The notes under the pieces are model-generated. The model did not search any database. It was not told the origin of the DNA and saw only the letters and a list, made by a program, of their open reading frames with translations. Below are positions 36,741-46,404 of a DNA stretch of 64,000 nt, piece after piece. The stretch comes from an uncultured Candidatus Saccharibacteria bacterium (GTDB taxonomy: Bacteria > Patescibacteriota > Minisyncoccia > Phycocordibacterales > UBA918): assembly GCA_964402035.1 (NCBI GenBank), contig CAYOAM010000001.1, positions 179,558 to 243,557 of the forward strand, in the 5' to 3' direction. How positions within the stretch are numbered: the stretch's first letter is position 1; every line of letters starts with the position of its first letter. A program made the translations under genes and the position numbers.

Positions 36741-39350
36741 ATGTCAGCCAAAAAACCCATTCATCACGATAAGATCATCATCCGAGGCGCTCGGACACAT
36801 AATCTCAAGAACATCTCGCTTGAAATGCCACGGAATGCCATGGTGGTTTTTACCGGTCTCTCTGGATCGGGCAAATCCTCGCTCGCTTTTGATACCATTT
36901 TTGCAGAAGGTCAGCGACGCTATGTGGAGTCTCTCTCTGCCTATGCGCGACAATTTTTGCGACAAATGCAGAAGCCTGATGTCGATGAGATATTGGGACT
37001 TTCTCCAGCGATATCGATCGACCAAAAGAGTAGGTCAAATAATCCACGATCCACGGTAGCTACGATCACTGAAATCTACGACTATCTTCGTATCCTGTAC
37101 GCGAGAGTCGGTCAGCCGTACTGTATCGATGTTGATATGCCGATCCAAAAATTGTCTCAAGATGAGATACTTTCTATTATTCTTTCTTCTATTGAGTCAC
37201 GCGATCTGGGTACTAAAGATGCGGAAGTGATGGGTGTGCCCATATCCAAGGCGCAGATCCGCGTGTATTCGCCGGTTGTGGTGGGTAGAAAAGGGGAATA
37301 CTACCAGCTTTTGTATGATCTATTGGGCAGGGGGTATGAAGAAGTGAAGATAGACGGCGAGATCAAGAAACTTCGCGAGCGTATAGTACTTCAAAAAACA
37401 AAACGTCACAGTATTGATGTGCTTGTTGATTCTATTTTTGTGAGCGAATTTGAGCACAATAAAAAAGATGCACATGAGAGACTGAGTGAGGCCGTCGAGC
37501 GAGCGCTTGCTGAATCTGGTGGCTTAGTAAAAATTGAAAATCCGTACGGGGAAGAGCGTACGCTTTCGGCAAAATTTATTTGCCCAGCAGATGGAACTTC
37601 TTTTCCTGAAGTTGAACCTCGACTCTTTTCGTTCAACTCTCCGTATGGTGCCTGTCCTGAATGCAACGGTCTTGGTATGGTGGGAATTTTTAATAATGAC
37701 GAATGTCCGGTTTGCCATGGTGCACGGTTGCGTAAAGAAGCCCTGCGCGTGTACCTCAAGAGTAAGAGTGACAAAGGTCTTGGTAAAAATATTGTCGATT
37801 TCACGAATATGACTATCCGTGAGGCGTATGATTTTATTGATGGACTCTCTCTCACCAAACAGCAGCACGATATTGCGTGGCCTGCACTTCGCGAGATTAT
37901 CGACCGCCTCGATTTTATGCTCAACGTAGGTATTGAGTACCTCACGCTCAATCGTCGTGCCAACACTCTTTCGGGTGGAGAAGCGCAGCGCATCCGTCTC
38001 GCCTCCCAGCTCGGTAGCGGGCTAGTGGGAGCACTCTATGTGCTTGATGAACCAACGATTGGACTTCATCAACGTGACAATGACCGCCTGATTAAAACGC
38101 TGACGCATCTCCGTGATCTGGGGAATACTATTCTGGTTGTTGAACACGACGAAGATACAATCTTTGCCTCGGACTATTTGGTTGATATCGGGCCGGGAGC
38201 TGGTATCCATGGAGGAGAAGTGGTGGTGTCTGGATATCTCAAAGATCTTCTGTCTGCGAAGAAAAATACTTCAGGTTCCTTGACTCTTTCGTACTTGCGC
38301 AATGAAAAGCGTATCGAAATACCCGATGAGCGCCGCTCGAGTGAAAAAGGTTCGATTAAAATCCGTGGCGGTAGCGCATTCAATATCAAAAACATGCACG
38401 TTGATATTCCGCTTGGACGCTTGATCGCACTTACGGGAGTATCAGGTTCGGGGAAGTCGACCTTTATGTACGAGATTTTGTACAAAAACCTTCAATCGCG
38501 CCTTGAGAAAAAGCATCGTACACCGCACACCTACAATGCATCCAGCTTTACTGGTTCCGAGTATCTCGGGCGCACGGTGCTCATTGATCAAAGTCCTATT
38601 GGTCGCACACCTCGATCAAACCCGGCAACGTATACGGGTACCTTCACCCATATTCGTGACATGTTTGCGACGTCTATTGAAGCAAAAGCGCGCGGGTGGA
38701 AAGCCGGACGCTTTTCTTTTAATGTGAAGGGCGGACGCTGTGAAGCATGCCAAGGGAATGGGATGATAGCGGTCGAGATGCATTTTCTTCCAACGGTATA
38801 TGTTGAGTGTGATGTCTGCGAGGGCAAGCGATTTACCAAAGAAACTCTTGAGGTGAAATACAAAGGCAAAAATATCAACGAAGTCTTGCATATGACGATC
38901 GAGGAAGCGGCCAATTTTTTTGCGGATATTCCAGCTATTCAAGAGCGCCTGCAATCATTGCAGGAGGTAGGGCTAGGATATTTGCAGCTTGGTCAAAGTG
39001 CAACGACACTCTCTGGTGGTGAGGCGCAACGTGTCAAAATAGCATCGGAGCTGTATCGACCACATACACAGAAAACAATCTACCTTCTCGATGAACCAAC
39101 GATCGGTCTTCATTATGCTGACGTACAAAAATTGATTGATATTTTGCAAGCACTTGTTGATAAAGGAAATACCGTACTCGTCATCGAGCACAACTTGGAC
39201 CTCATCAAGTGTGCGGATCACGTCCTCGACATTGGACCAGAAGGCGGGGTGGGTGGGGGACAGCTCGTGGCTAAAGGCACACCTGAAGAAGTCGCGAAGA
39301 CGAAAGGTTCTCATACCGGACACTACCTAAAAAAGGTCTTACGTGGATAG
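36741..39350 (+). CDS. uvrA: Excinuclease ABC subunit A
   Basis: [35 protein letters not shown]. Two ABC ATPase modules and Zn-finger Cys pairs. 869 aa, a compact form. Confidence 0.95.
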   Translation: MSAKKPIHHDKIIIRGARTHNLKNISLEMPRNAMVVFTGLSGSGKSSLAFDTIFAEGQRRYVESLSAYARQFLRQMQKPDVDEILGLSPAISIDQKSRSNNPRSTVATITEIYDYLRILYARVGQPYCIDVDMPIQKLSQDEILSIILSSIESRDLGTKDAEVMGVPISKAQIRVYSPVVVGRKGEYYQLLYDLLGRGYEEVKIDGEIKKLRERIVLQKTKRHSIDVLVDSIFVSEFEHNKKDAHERLSEAVERALAESGGLVKIENPYGEERTLSAKFICPADGTSFPEVEPRLFSFNSPYGACPECNGLGMVGIFNNDECPVCHGARLRKEALRVYLKSKSDKGLGKNIVDFTNMTIREAYDFIDGLSLTKQQHDIAWPALREIIDRLDFMLNVGIEYLTLNRRANTLSGGEAQRIRLASQLGSGLVGALYVLDEPTIGLHQRDNDRLIKTLTHLRDLGNTILVVEHDEDTIFASDYLVDIGPGAGIHGGEVVVSGYLKDLLSAKKNTSGSLTLSYLRNEKRIEIPDERRSSEKGSIKIRGGSAFNIKNMHVDIPLGRLIALTGVSGSGKSTFMYEILYKNLQSRLEKKHRTPHTYNASSFTGSEYLGRTVLIDQSPIGRTPRSNPATYTGTFTHIRDMFATSIEAKARGWKAGRFSFNVKGGRCEACQGNGMIAVEMHFLPTVYVECDVCEGKRFTKETLEVKYKGKNINEVLHMTIEEAANFFADIPAIQERLQSLQEVGLGYLQLGQSATTLSGGEAQRVKIASELYRPHTQKTIYLLDEPTIGLHYADVQKLIDILQALVDKGNTVLVIEHNLDLIKCADHVLDIGPEGGVGGGQLVAKGTPEEVAKTKGSHTGHYLKKVLRG

Positions 39351-39352
39351 AA

Positions 39353-39380
39353 AAAGGAACGGTGTTACCGTCCCCAAGTA
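39353..39380. terminator. Bidirectional hairpin (ggaacgg-tgtta-ccgtccc); the U-tract lies on the minus strand, so it mainly terminates 39365-39619
   Basis: Seen directly. Confidence 0.45.
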
Positions 39381-39619
39381 TCGTATCTTTTTCTCTCTAC
39401 GTCGTGTAGCAAGGTGAGACCGCGTCGCTCATGGAGTAGATCATCCCATAATGGATCCGAATGAGACGCGGGGTATCTTCCATACGTTTCAAAAAACACA
39501 CGCTTCCAAAACGGTGAGCAGTAGGCTTCCGACCCACCATGCGGAGGGAAGCACCGAGGGATCAAAGAGAGAATCACTTCGAGTGGAGTTATAACAGGCG
39601 TGCTTAGTCCCGTGTCCAT
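39365..39619 (-). CDS. Small Cys/His-containing hypothetical protein (84 aa)
   Basis: Strong RBS AAAGGAGG 5 nt upstream of the ATG on the minus strand, with a terminator downstream. Confidence 0.45.
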   Translation of the reverse strand: MDTGLSTPVITPLEVILSLIPRCFPPHGGSEAYCSPFWKRVFFETYGRYPASHSDPLWDDLLHERRGLTLLHDVERKRYDTWGR

Positions 39620-39712
39620 CCTGACCTCCTTTTAGGAGCATTCTAGAAGATCATTATACACCATAGCGAATGTGTGTGGTGATGATAAGGTGTTGGAGGT
39701 ATACGCGTGCAT

Positions 39713-39741
39713 GTTGACATGCTTCATGTATTAATGTATGG
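39713..39741 (+). promoter_or_regulatory. Sigma70-like promoter TTGACA-N17-TATGGT upstream of the sigma4/alpha-CTD gene
   Basis: Seen directly. An AGGAGG RBS follows at about 39768. Confidence 0.4.
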
Positions 39742-39780
39742 TCTCATTCGGAACAAGTGAACCAAGCCAGGAGGCAAACA

Positions 39781-40458
39781 ATGTGTGAAAGACATTTTGA
39801 GCTTACCACAACAATCTTCAGCGATCTTAGTGACTCAGAGGATCCTGAACGGACTCAAGAGAAGTTGCGTAGAATTTTTGAGTCACCACGGACTCAAAGG
39901 ACTGTATTCAGCTGTATTGAGTCCGCACTGGATCAACTCCCCTTGAGAGATTCGCAACTACTTCGATTGAAATACGGACTCGGGTGCGATCCACATTCGT
40001 ACTGTGCGGTGGGCCTTAAGCTGAGTCCACCCATCACGGGTAGTAGAGTGGGGGACGCTGTTAAAGAAGTTTTGTTCAAGCTTGTCAATACGGATCCAGC
40101 CAGTGAACTGTTTCAGTATTTCAGCAGTGAGGGTGCTTTTTCTCATCTGTCTCAAGTTGACACAAAAATCTGGGTAGACCGCATTAGGATGCGTGAACTC
40201 CTCAAGCGGTATAGAGATAATGCTGGGTTGGTTCCTCTTACTGATGATGAACTTGAACAGATTAACGTAGAGACATTGCCTGTTGGTACGAGATCCAGAA
40301 ATGTATTCAAATCTGAACGGGTTTGGACTATTCTGGATCTGATTTCCTTGCCTTATGGCTCCATCAGGGGACAGCTTCTGCGTATGCCAAACTTTGGGAC
40401 AAAGTCTCTTGTCGAACTTGAACTTGTCGTTTCTAGATTCGGTGTGCGCCTCACGTAG
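39781..40458 (+). CDS. Sigma-70 region 4-like HTH fused to an RNA polymerase alpha-subunit C-terminal-domain-like (alpha-CTD) module; no sigma2 or alpha-NTD
   Basis: LDQLPLRDSQLLRLKYGLG...VGLKLSPPITGSRVGDAVKEVLFKL resembles sigma region 4 (LD.L..RE..VL.LRFGL...TLEEVG..F.VTRERIRQIE..AL.KL). LPVGTRSRNVFKSERVWTILDLISLPYGSIRGQLLRMPNFGTKSLVELELVVSRFGV resembles RpoA alpha-CTD (LSVRSANCLK.E.I..IGDL......ELLK.PNLGKKSL.EIK.VL...GL). RBS AGGAGG before ATG 39781. The maximal ORF starts at GTG 39757. Confidence 0.55.
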   Translation: MCERHFELTTTIFSDLSDSEDPERTQEKLRRIFESPRTQRTVFSCIESALDQLPLRDSQLLRLKYGLGCDPHSYCAVGLKLSPPITGSRVGDAVKEVLFKLVNTDPASELFQYFSSEGAFSHLSQVDTKIWVDRIRMRELLKRYRDNAGLVPLTDDELEQINVETLPVGTRSRNVFKSERVWTILDLISLPYGSIRGQLLRMPNFGTKSLVELELVVSRFGVRLT

Positions 40459-40545
40459 CTTTTTGCTCTATGGATAAGTCGTTGTGAGATCACTCGCAAC
40501 GACCCTTTTTGTATAAAAAATAGAAGTATGTTTCTATAGACCTGT

Positions 40546-41781
40546 ATGGACAAATCCTATCTCGATAAAAAACAGATTCCCGATAGTCCTGGGGTGTATT
40601 TTTTTCTGGGGCCTCGTAAGGAGATCCTCTATATCGGCAAAGCGACCACACTTTCGTCTCGTGTGCGTAGTTATTTTGCGTCCGATATTGAAGAGAAGCG
40701 AAGCCCACTCATCAGAGACTTACTCGATGCAGCAAAAACGATTGAGTGGACCGTTACCGACTCGGTGCTCGAGGCCCTTATCCTTGAAGCAAATCTTATA
40801 CGGACGCACAAACCAAAACACAATTCTCGCGCAAAGGATGATAAAAGCTTTAACCATCTATTGATCACCAATGAGGAGTATCCGCGTGTGCTTGTGGTAC
40901 GTGGAAAGGATATTGCGCAAAAGTATACTGCAGAACAGATACGTTCAGTTTTCGGTCCTTTTACAAGCGGAGGTTTACTTCGCGAAGCTCTGAAGATTGT
41001 TCGCAAGATTTTCAAATTCTATGACACCGAAAAGCCAGTTGGTACATCTCATTCCAAGATGGAGAAAGGAAAGATAGATTTCAATCGTCAAATTGGTATA
41101 TATCCAAAGGATGAAGATAAAGCAACATATCAGAAAACGATTTCACAGATTGAGTTACTATTTCAAGGAAAAAAGAAAAAATTGCTGACTGAACTTGAGC
41201 GAGAGATGAAGCAGCTCGCAAAAGCAGAACGATTCGAGGAAGCGAATATAGTCAAAATGAAAATATTTGCCCTAACACACATCCAAGATGTCGCGCTGAT
41301 TAAAGCGCGGGATCTCTCGCACAGAGACGATCGTTCGGTGCGTTTTGAGGCATATGATGTTGCGCATATTAGTGGAAAGGCTATGGTGGGAGTCATGACG
41401 GTTGTTGAGCGAGGTGAGATGCAGAAGGATTCGTATCGCAAATTTAAGTTAAAGACGGTAGATAGTTCAAATGATCCTGCCGCTTTGGCTGAAATATTGG
41501 AACGGAGATTGGCGCACGATGAGTGGCCATTGCCTGCATGTATCGTGGTCGATGGTGGTTTGATTCAAAAGCGCAGGGCAGAGACAGTACTTCGATCACA
41601 CGAAGTACATATTCCGGTTGTAGCTGTGGTAAAGGATGAATACCATCGACCAAAGAAGATACTTGGACCAGACTCTCTGGTAGCGCTCTATGAACGCGAT
41701 ATCTTACTTGCCAATGCTGAAGCGCATCGCTTTTCTGTAGGGTATCACCGCAACCTCCGTGATCGCATAAAGCCTCAGTGA
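40546..41781 (+). CDS. uvrC: Excinuclease ABC subunit C, short form lacking the C-terminal HhH domain
   Basis: GIY-YIG domain (GVYFFLGPRKEILYIGKATTLSSRVRSY). UVR domain (LTELEREMKQLAKAERFEEANIVKMKI). RNase-H-like endonuclease domain (FEAYDVAHISGKAMVGVMTVV..RKFKLKTV). Confidence 0.85.
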   Translation: MDKSYLDKKQIPDSPGVYFFLGPRKEILYIGKATTLSSRVRSYFASDIEEKRSPLIRDLLDAAKTIEWTVTDSVLEALILEANLIRTHKPKHNSRAKDDKSFNHLLITNEEYPRVLVVRGKDIAQKYTAEQIRSVFGPFTSGGLLREALKIVRKIFKFYDTEKPVGTSHSKMEKGKIDFNRQIGIYPKDEDKATYQKTISQIELLFQGKKKKLLTELEREMKQLAKAERFEEANIVKMKIFALTHIQDVALIKARDLSHRDDRSVRFEAYDVAHISGKAMVGVMTVVERGEMQKDSYRKFKLKTVDSSNDPAALAEILERRLAHDEWPLPACIVVDGGLIQKRRAETVLRSHEVHIPVVAVVKDEYHRPKKILGPDSLVALYERDILLANAEAHRFSVGYHRNLRDRIKPQ

Positions 41782-41814
41782 GACATTTTTACTGACTTCT
41801 AAGTTCTATAGAGT

Positions 41815-42630
41815 ATGGAAAAACGTACGATAGCAATCATTGGGCACGGATATGTAGGTCAAGCGATCGAAGCATACTTCAAAGAAAAATTTACTATTGT
41901 AATCTACGATCCAGCCAAAGGTCAGAGTGATTGCGAGGCTGTGCAGAAAGCCCAACTGGCAGTCGTGTGTGTACCCACCAATATGCGCGAGGATGGTTCT
42001 GTAGACTTGAGCCTTATTGAGGAAACATTCGCATGGCTCAAGACTGAGAGCATCGTTATAAAAAGCACTGTACCGCCCGGTACTACGGCACTCCTTGCTC
42101 AAAAATTTGATCTTGAAGATTGTCTGGTTTTTTCACCGGAATATATTGGAGAAGGAGGATACCCAATGCCGTACTGGGAAGATGTACCGCACCCTACCGA
42201 TATGAAGCAGCACACCTATTTTATATTTGGAGGTTCAGCCCGTGCTCGTGAAAAGGTCATTCCTTTCTTTGAGCGTGTCTCAGGCCCGTATGCAAAGTAT
42301 ATCCAGACAGATAGCACGACCGCGGAGCTTGTAAAGTACACAGCGAATACGTGGATTGCGACAAAGGTCACGTTTTGTAATGAACTCTTTGACATAGCAA
42401 AAACATTTGGTGTCGATTATAGAATCTTGCGTGAACTATGGTTGCTCGATGGGCGGTCAACGCCCGCCCACACGCTCGTATACGGTGAGAGTCGTGGCTT
42501 TGGTGGAAAATGTATACCAAAAGATACTGCCGGACTAGTGAAGGCAGCAGAACAAAAAGGATATGATGCACAACTATTGAAGTCAGTCCTTGCTACTAAT
42601 GCAGCTTTTAGAAAACAACCAAAGGACTAA
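41815..42630 (+). CDS. Nucleotide-sugar (UDP-glucose/GDP-mannose) dehydrogenase family protein, short form (271 aa)
   Basis: N-terminal Rossmann fold IAIIGHGYVG. FSPEYIGEGGY and TANTWIATKVTFCNELFDIA blocks match the family's central domain. The C-terminal UDP-binding domain is absent. Confidence 0.5.
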   Translation: MEKRTIAIIGHGYVGQAIEAYFKEKFTIVIYDPAKGQSDCEAVQKAQLAVVCVPTNMREDGSVDLSLIEETFAWLKTESIVIKSTVPPGTTALLAQKFDLEDCLVFSPEYIGEGGYPMPYWEDVPHPTDMKQHTYFIFGGSARAREKVIPFFERVSGPYAKYIQTDSTTAELVKYTANTWIATKVTFCNELFDIAKTFGVDYRILRELWLLDGRSTPAHTLVYGESRGFGGKCIPKDTAGLVKAAEQKGYDAQLLKSVLATNAAFRKQPKD

Positions 42631-42650
42631 TGTGATACCATTTAGCTACT

Positions 42651-43616
42651 ATGCAAAGAACTAAAGTAGCAGTGTTGCGCGGTGGACCAAGTGAGGAGTA
42701 CGAAGTTTCTCTGAAGACAGGAGAGAGCGTTATGCGTGCCATCAATAAAGATCAGTACGATGTTCTCGATATCGTGATAACTAAAAAAGGTGATTGGCTC
42801 TTGCGTGGTGCGGTACGTGATCCGCGCGATATTTTTCATCAAACCGATATTGTTTTTGTGGCGCTGCACGGCGCATATGGTGAAGATGGTTCGGTGCAGC
42901 GACTTATGGATAGTACTGGTGTTCGCTATACCGGTAGTCGTTCGTACCCATCGGCGATTGCTATGAATAAAGCGATTACCAAGGATCATCTCCGCGCTAA
43001 AGACATAAAGATGGCGCGACATATGGTCGTGGGTAAAAGTGCACTCGCAAATATAGCAGGAGCTGCAGCTTCGATCGTCGCGCTTTTTGGACCTCGATAC
43101 ATTATTAAGCCTATTGCGAGTGGTTCTTCGGTGGGTGTCATGTTTGCCGAAAGTCCCCTCATGCTCGAACGCGCACTACAGACATCACTGCAAGTCTACG
43201 ACCAAGTCATTGTCGAAGAGTATATTGCTGGCAAAGAAGCGACGTGTGGGGTCGTCGAGAATTTTCGGGACAAAAAGCACTATGCACTGCCACCGATTGA
43301 GATTGTGCGACCATCTGCCGTGTTTGACTATGTCTCAAAGTATAGCGGCGAGACCGAAGAGATTTGCCCTGGCCGCTTCACGTATGAAGAGAAACAAGAA
43401 ATAGAACGTCTTGCGCTCTTGGTGCACCAGGAATTAGGGCTCTCGCATTACTCACGCTCTGACTTCATTGTGTCGCCGGAGGGTATCTATTTTCTTGAAG
43501 TCAACACGTTGCCGGGACTTACCAGTACTTCACTGTTGCCAAAGGCTCTGGATGCTGTTGGCTGTAACTATGAGCAGTTTATAGAGCATTTGTTGACACT
43601 TGCACACCGCTCATAA
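42651..43616 (+). CDS. ddl: D-alanine--D-alanine ligase
   Basis: KVAVLRGGPSEEYEVSL, VFVALHGAYGEDGSVQRLMDSTGVRYTGS, IIKPIASGSSVGV and EVNTLPGLTSTSLLPKA motifs. Confidence 0.9.
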   Translation: MQRTKVAVLRGGPSEEYEVSLKTGESVMRAINKDQYDVLDIVITKKGDWLLRGAVRDPRDIFHQTDIVFVALHGAYGEDGSVQRLMDSTGVRYTGSRSYPSAIAMNKAITKDHLRAKDIKMARHMVVGKSALANIAGAAASIVALFGPRYIIKPIASGSSVGVMFAESPLMLERALQTSLQVYDQVIVEEYIAGKEATCGVVENFRDKKHYALPPIEIVRPSAVFDYVSKYSGETEEICPGRFTYEEKQEIERLALLVHQELGLSHYSRSDFIVSPEGIYFLEVNTLPGLTSTSLLPKALDAVGCNYEQFIEHLLTLAHRS

Positions 43617-43647
43617 GGTGTAGACTCTGCTATGATAAACCATATAC

Positions 43648-43959
43648 ATGAAAAAAAGGGCGTATAGTCAAAAGGAGGTTGAGAAGCGGCTCAAAGATGT
43701 GCCGGAATGGAAGACGAATACAAAGTGTACGTCACTTGCGCGTTCGTTTAAGACTTCGAATTTTGTTGCAGGGCTTGCGCTCGTTGCAAAGATTACGGTG
43801 CATGCTGAAGTTATGGATCATCACCCTACGGTAGAACTATCATACGGTATGGTAAAAATAACTCTGTCGACGCATGATGTCGATGGGCTCACTAAAAAAG
43901 ACTTTGAGCTTGCAGAGCGTATTGATCGCTTGCAGCATACGAAGAGCCGTACCGCATGA
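43648..43959 (+). CDS. Pterin-4-alpha-carbinolamine dehydratase (PCD/DCoH)
   Basis: FVAGLALVAKITVHAEVMDHHPTVELSYGMVKITLSTHDVDGLTKKDFELAERID follows the PCD pattern. Confidence 0.75.
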   Translation: MKKRAYSQKEVEKRLKDVPEWKTNTKCTSLARSFKTSNFVAGLALVAKITVHAEVMDHHPTVELSYGMVKITLSTHDVDGLTKKDFELAERIDRLQHTKSRTA

Positions 43960-44978
43960 ACAAAAAAGCGCAACAATTGTATACCATTGGGGCGCTGGCC
44001 ATTGCCCTCATACTCTGGATCATGTATGACATTGATCTCTTCATATTAATCCTGATGACGCTTGGACTTTTAGGGCTAATTCCAAAATTAAAAAATTTTA
44101 AAAATAATTCTTCCGCAGATATGGACACAACAACCACCATGGAATCAATTAAAAGTGGAACACGAAAAACAGTACTGTACGGATTGGGGATATTAGTGGT
44201 GGTCATTTTTGTTATGCGTATGGTTGTGGTCATTGGGGCGGGGGAGATTGGTGTACAAGTCTTTTGGGGAAAAGTAGCACCAGAACCACTTTACTCTGGT
44301 ATTCACATCATTAACCCACTTGCGCATGTCATCACGTTTGACGCACGTACACGTCAGTACTATATGGGTATAGCAGCAGACAATGCGAGCCAAAATGATG
44401 TCGATGACCCCATCCGTGTGTTGACGGCAGAAGGTCTCTCTATCGATTTAGATATTTCCACACTGTATCGTGTTCAACCAGAGCGCATAACTGAGATCTA
44501 TAAGAATGTAGGAGTCGGCTATGAAGAACTGATTATTCGCCCCGAGATCCGCAGTATCATCCGCGACACCATCGCGCACTACAGCGCAAAAGATATTTAC
44601 TCAGAAAAACGCCAGGAGATCGTCACGACAATCACGGACAGCCTCCATAAGAAACTCGAGGCACGCGGTATCTTGCTTGAAGATGTCTTGCTCCGCAATG
44701 TGACCTTGCCGCCAGATCTTGTCCTTGCTATTCAGGAAAAACTTCGTACTGAGCAAGAGTCTCAAAAATATGACTTTGTCTTGGAAAAGGAGGTAAAGGA
44801 AGCAGAGCGAAAGAGGATTGAGGCTGAAGGTCAACGTGCGTACCAGCGGATCATCTCAGAAAGTCTCTCAAAGGAGTTTCTGTACTATCAGTACATAAAC
44901 CAACTCAAGGATCGCCAAGGTACGATCTATGTCCCTACAAACCCAGCGACAGGACTGCCACAGTTTAATGGGATTTAG
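43956..44978 (+). CDS. SPFH/band-7 (prohibitin-like) membrane protein
   Basis: Two N-terminal TM helices, SPFH core and a coiled-coil EAERKRIEAEGQRAYQRII. Confidence 0.75.
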   Translation: MNKKAQQLYTIGALAIALILWIMYDIDLFILILMTLGLLGLIPKLKNFKNNSSADMDTTTTMESIKSGTRKTVLYGLGILVVVIFVMRMVVVIGAGEIGVQVFWGKVAPEPLYSGIHIINPLAHVITFDARTRQYYMGIAADNASQNDVDDPIRVLTAEGLSIDLDISTLYRVQPERITEIYKNVGVGYEELIIRPEIRSIIRDTIAHYSAKDIYSEKRQEIVTTITDSLHKKLEARGILLEDVLLRNVTLPPDLVLAIQEKLRTEQESQKYDFVLEKEVKEAERKRIEAEGQRAYQRIISESLSKEFLYYQYINQLKDRQGTIYVPTNPATGLPQFNGI

Positions 44979-44998
44979 TCAGAATTAGAGTGGACGCG

Positions 44999-45027
44999 TT
45001 GACTTTAGGGCTTGAAATACGTATTAT
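44999..45027 (+). promoter_or_regulatory. Near-consensus sigma70 promoter TTGACT-N17-TATTAT upstream of tRNA-Ala
   Basis: Seen directly. Confidence 0.5.
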
Positions 45028-45103
45028 AGTCAAGCCCAAACGTCAATATCCCGGGCCATGAATAGTGTAGAAAAATAGATTTTTCCACGTATTCTCGCTT
45101 TCG

Positions 45104-45176
45104 GGCCCGTAGCTCAGTTGGCTAGAGCGCCTGTTTTGCACTCAGGAGGTCGCAGGTTCAATTCCTGTCGGGTCCA
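45104..45176 (+). tRNA. tRNA-Ala (anticodon UGC), CCA not encoded
   Basis: Cloverleaf by hand: acceptor GGGCCCG/CGGGTCC with a G3:U70 wobble (the Ala identity element), D-arm GCTC-AGTTGGCTA-GAGC, anticodon loop TTTGCAC, T-arm GCAGG-TTCAATT-CCTGT. Confidence 0.85.
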
Positions 45177-45222
45177 CAAAAGACAAAAGATCTGCCCTTC
45201 GGCAGGTCTTTTGCTTTTGTGG
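45174..45222 (+). terminator. Palindromic terminator module copy A (ccacaaaagacaaaagatctgccc-ttc-ggcaggtcttttgcttttgtgg) directly after tRNA-Ala
   Basis: Roughly 22-bp imperfect stem with U-tracts. Confidence 0.6.
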
Positions 45223-45429
45223 AAAGCGCAGGTATAGTTTTGTTTTGCGAAGCAAAGGCAAAAATACCGAGCTGGGATCGCGAAATTTTTCCGTCAGGAA
45301 AAATATTTGTGATCACAAAAGAAATACCGGCCATGTGCCGGTTTTTATGTGTCTGGTTGGGTGACAACGGAATTGAAAAGGTTGCCAGCTATTTTAAAAA
45401 ATAGCGACAACCTCTACCGAACATGTAAT

Positions 45430-45496
45430 GTTCAATTCCTGTCGGGTCCACAAAAGACAAAAGATCTGCCCTGCGGCAGGTCTTTTGCTTTTGTGG
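45430..45496 (+). repeat. Duplicate of the tRNA-Ala 3' end (22 nt, gttcaattcctgtcgggtccac) plus palindromic module copy B
   Basis: Identical to 45155-45222 except for 2 nt in the hairpin loop. Confidence 0.75.
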
Positions 45497-45589
45497 AAGC
45501 CGCAGACATATCGCTTGCGATGTCGAGGCAGGGTCGTGAGCACTTAGTATTTTCTGAATACTTGGAAGAAAATTCTTAGTGACTCCTGA

Positions 45590-45632
45590 CCACACGAAGA
45601 TCTGCCCTGCGGCAGGTCTTTTGCTTTTGTGG
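45590..45632 (+). repeat. Palindromic module copy C (ccacacgaagatctgccctgcggcaggtcttttgcttttgtgg)
   Basis: Copies B and C also share downstream blocks gaagccgcag...gggtcgtgagcayttagta, giving a tandem module of roughly 160 nt. Confidence 0.7.
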
Positions 45633-45861
45633 AAGCCGCAGCGTTGTCGCCTTGCGACCGCGGAGAAACAGTGGATAGCCACTGTTTCTCGGGTCGTGAG
45701 CATTTAGTAATGCGTCCACTCCATAAGCAATCTAGTGAGTATTTGCTAACATAGGAGATATGCCACTCAGCGATATGCCGAGAGGAGTGATAATTGCCAC
45801 CTACAAGCGAGACGGAGAAATCAAGATAGGAACCGTTGAAAATTAAAAGTATCATAGAAGT

Positions 45862-46284
45862 ATGCAGAATAATAAACAAATATATATTAATTTGATTGTA
45901 AAAGATCTAGAAAAGTCCACAAAGTTTTATGAATCTTTGGGTTTTATTAAAAATCCGCAATTTTCCAACTATGATGCCTCTGGTCTATCTTGGTCGGAGA
46001 ATATTATGGTCATGCTTTTGACGGAAGATTTTGCGAGAAATTTTACGGATGGAAAGCACATTGCTGATAGTAAAAAAACCGTCGCAGCTATCTTTGCGAT
46101 TTCTTTTGAGAGTAAAGCTGCAGTAGATGACTTTGCTACAAAAGCAAGAGCCGCAGGAGCAAAAGTGTATCGAAACAAATACAATGATCAGTATGATTTT
46201 ATGTATGGAGTCGAGGTAGAAGATTTGGATGGATATATTTGGGAGCCAACGTATATGGATATGTCCAAATTTCCACAAAATTAA
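45862..46284 (+). CDS. VOC/glyoxalase-bleomycin-resistance family protein
   Basis: 140 aa with the paired beta-alpha-beta-beta-beta pattern (YINLIVKDLEKSTKFYESLGF...YGVEVEDLDGYIWE). Confidence 0.65.
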   Translation: MQNNKQIYINLIVKDLEKSTKFYESLGFIKNPQFSNYDASGLSWSENIMVMLLTEDFARNFTDGKHIADSKKTVAAIFAISFESKAAVDDFATKARAAGAKVYRNKYNDQYDFMYGVEVEDLDGYIWEPTYMDMSKFPQN

Positions 46285-46360
46285 TACAGTACATAGATGT
46301 CAAAGGAATAACTCTTGATTTTGAGCTGATGCTAAATTCCTTTAGGGCTAAGACACAATT

Positions 46361-46398
46361 AAATAAAAAATCCGGCAATTACTACTAGTAACTGCCGG
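46361..46398 (-). terminator. Rho-independent terminator for minus-strand gene 46405-46695
   Basis: Hairpin ccggca...tgccgg followed on the minus strand by TTTTTTATTT. Confidence 0.55.
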
Positions 46399-46404
46399 AT
46401 ACAC

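Noticed and set aside
37406-37993. 195-aa minus-strand ORF inside uvrA
   Set aside because: Antisense to the unambiguous uvrA coding frame.
45219-45404. 61-aa ORF between the tRNA-associated repeats
   Set aside because: No RBS. It lies inside the repeat/terminator module region and its composition is not gene-like.
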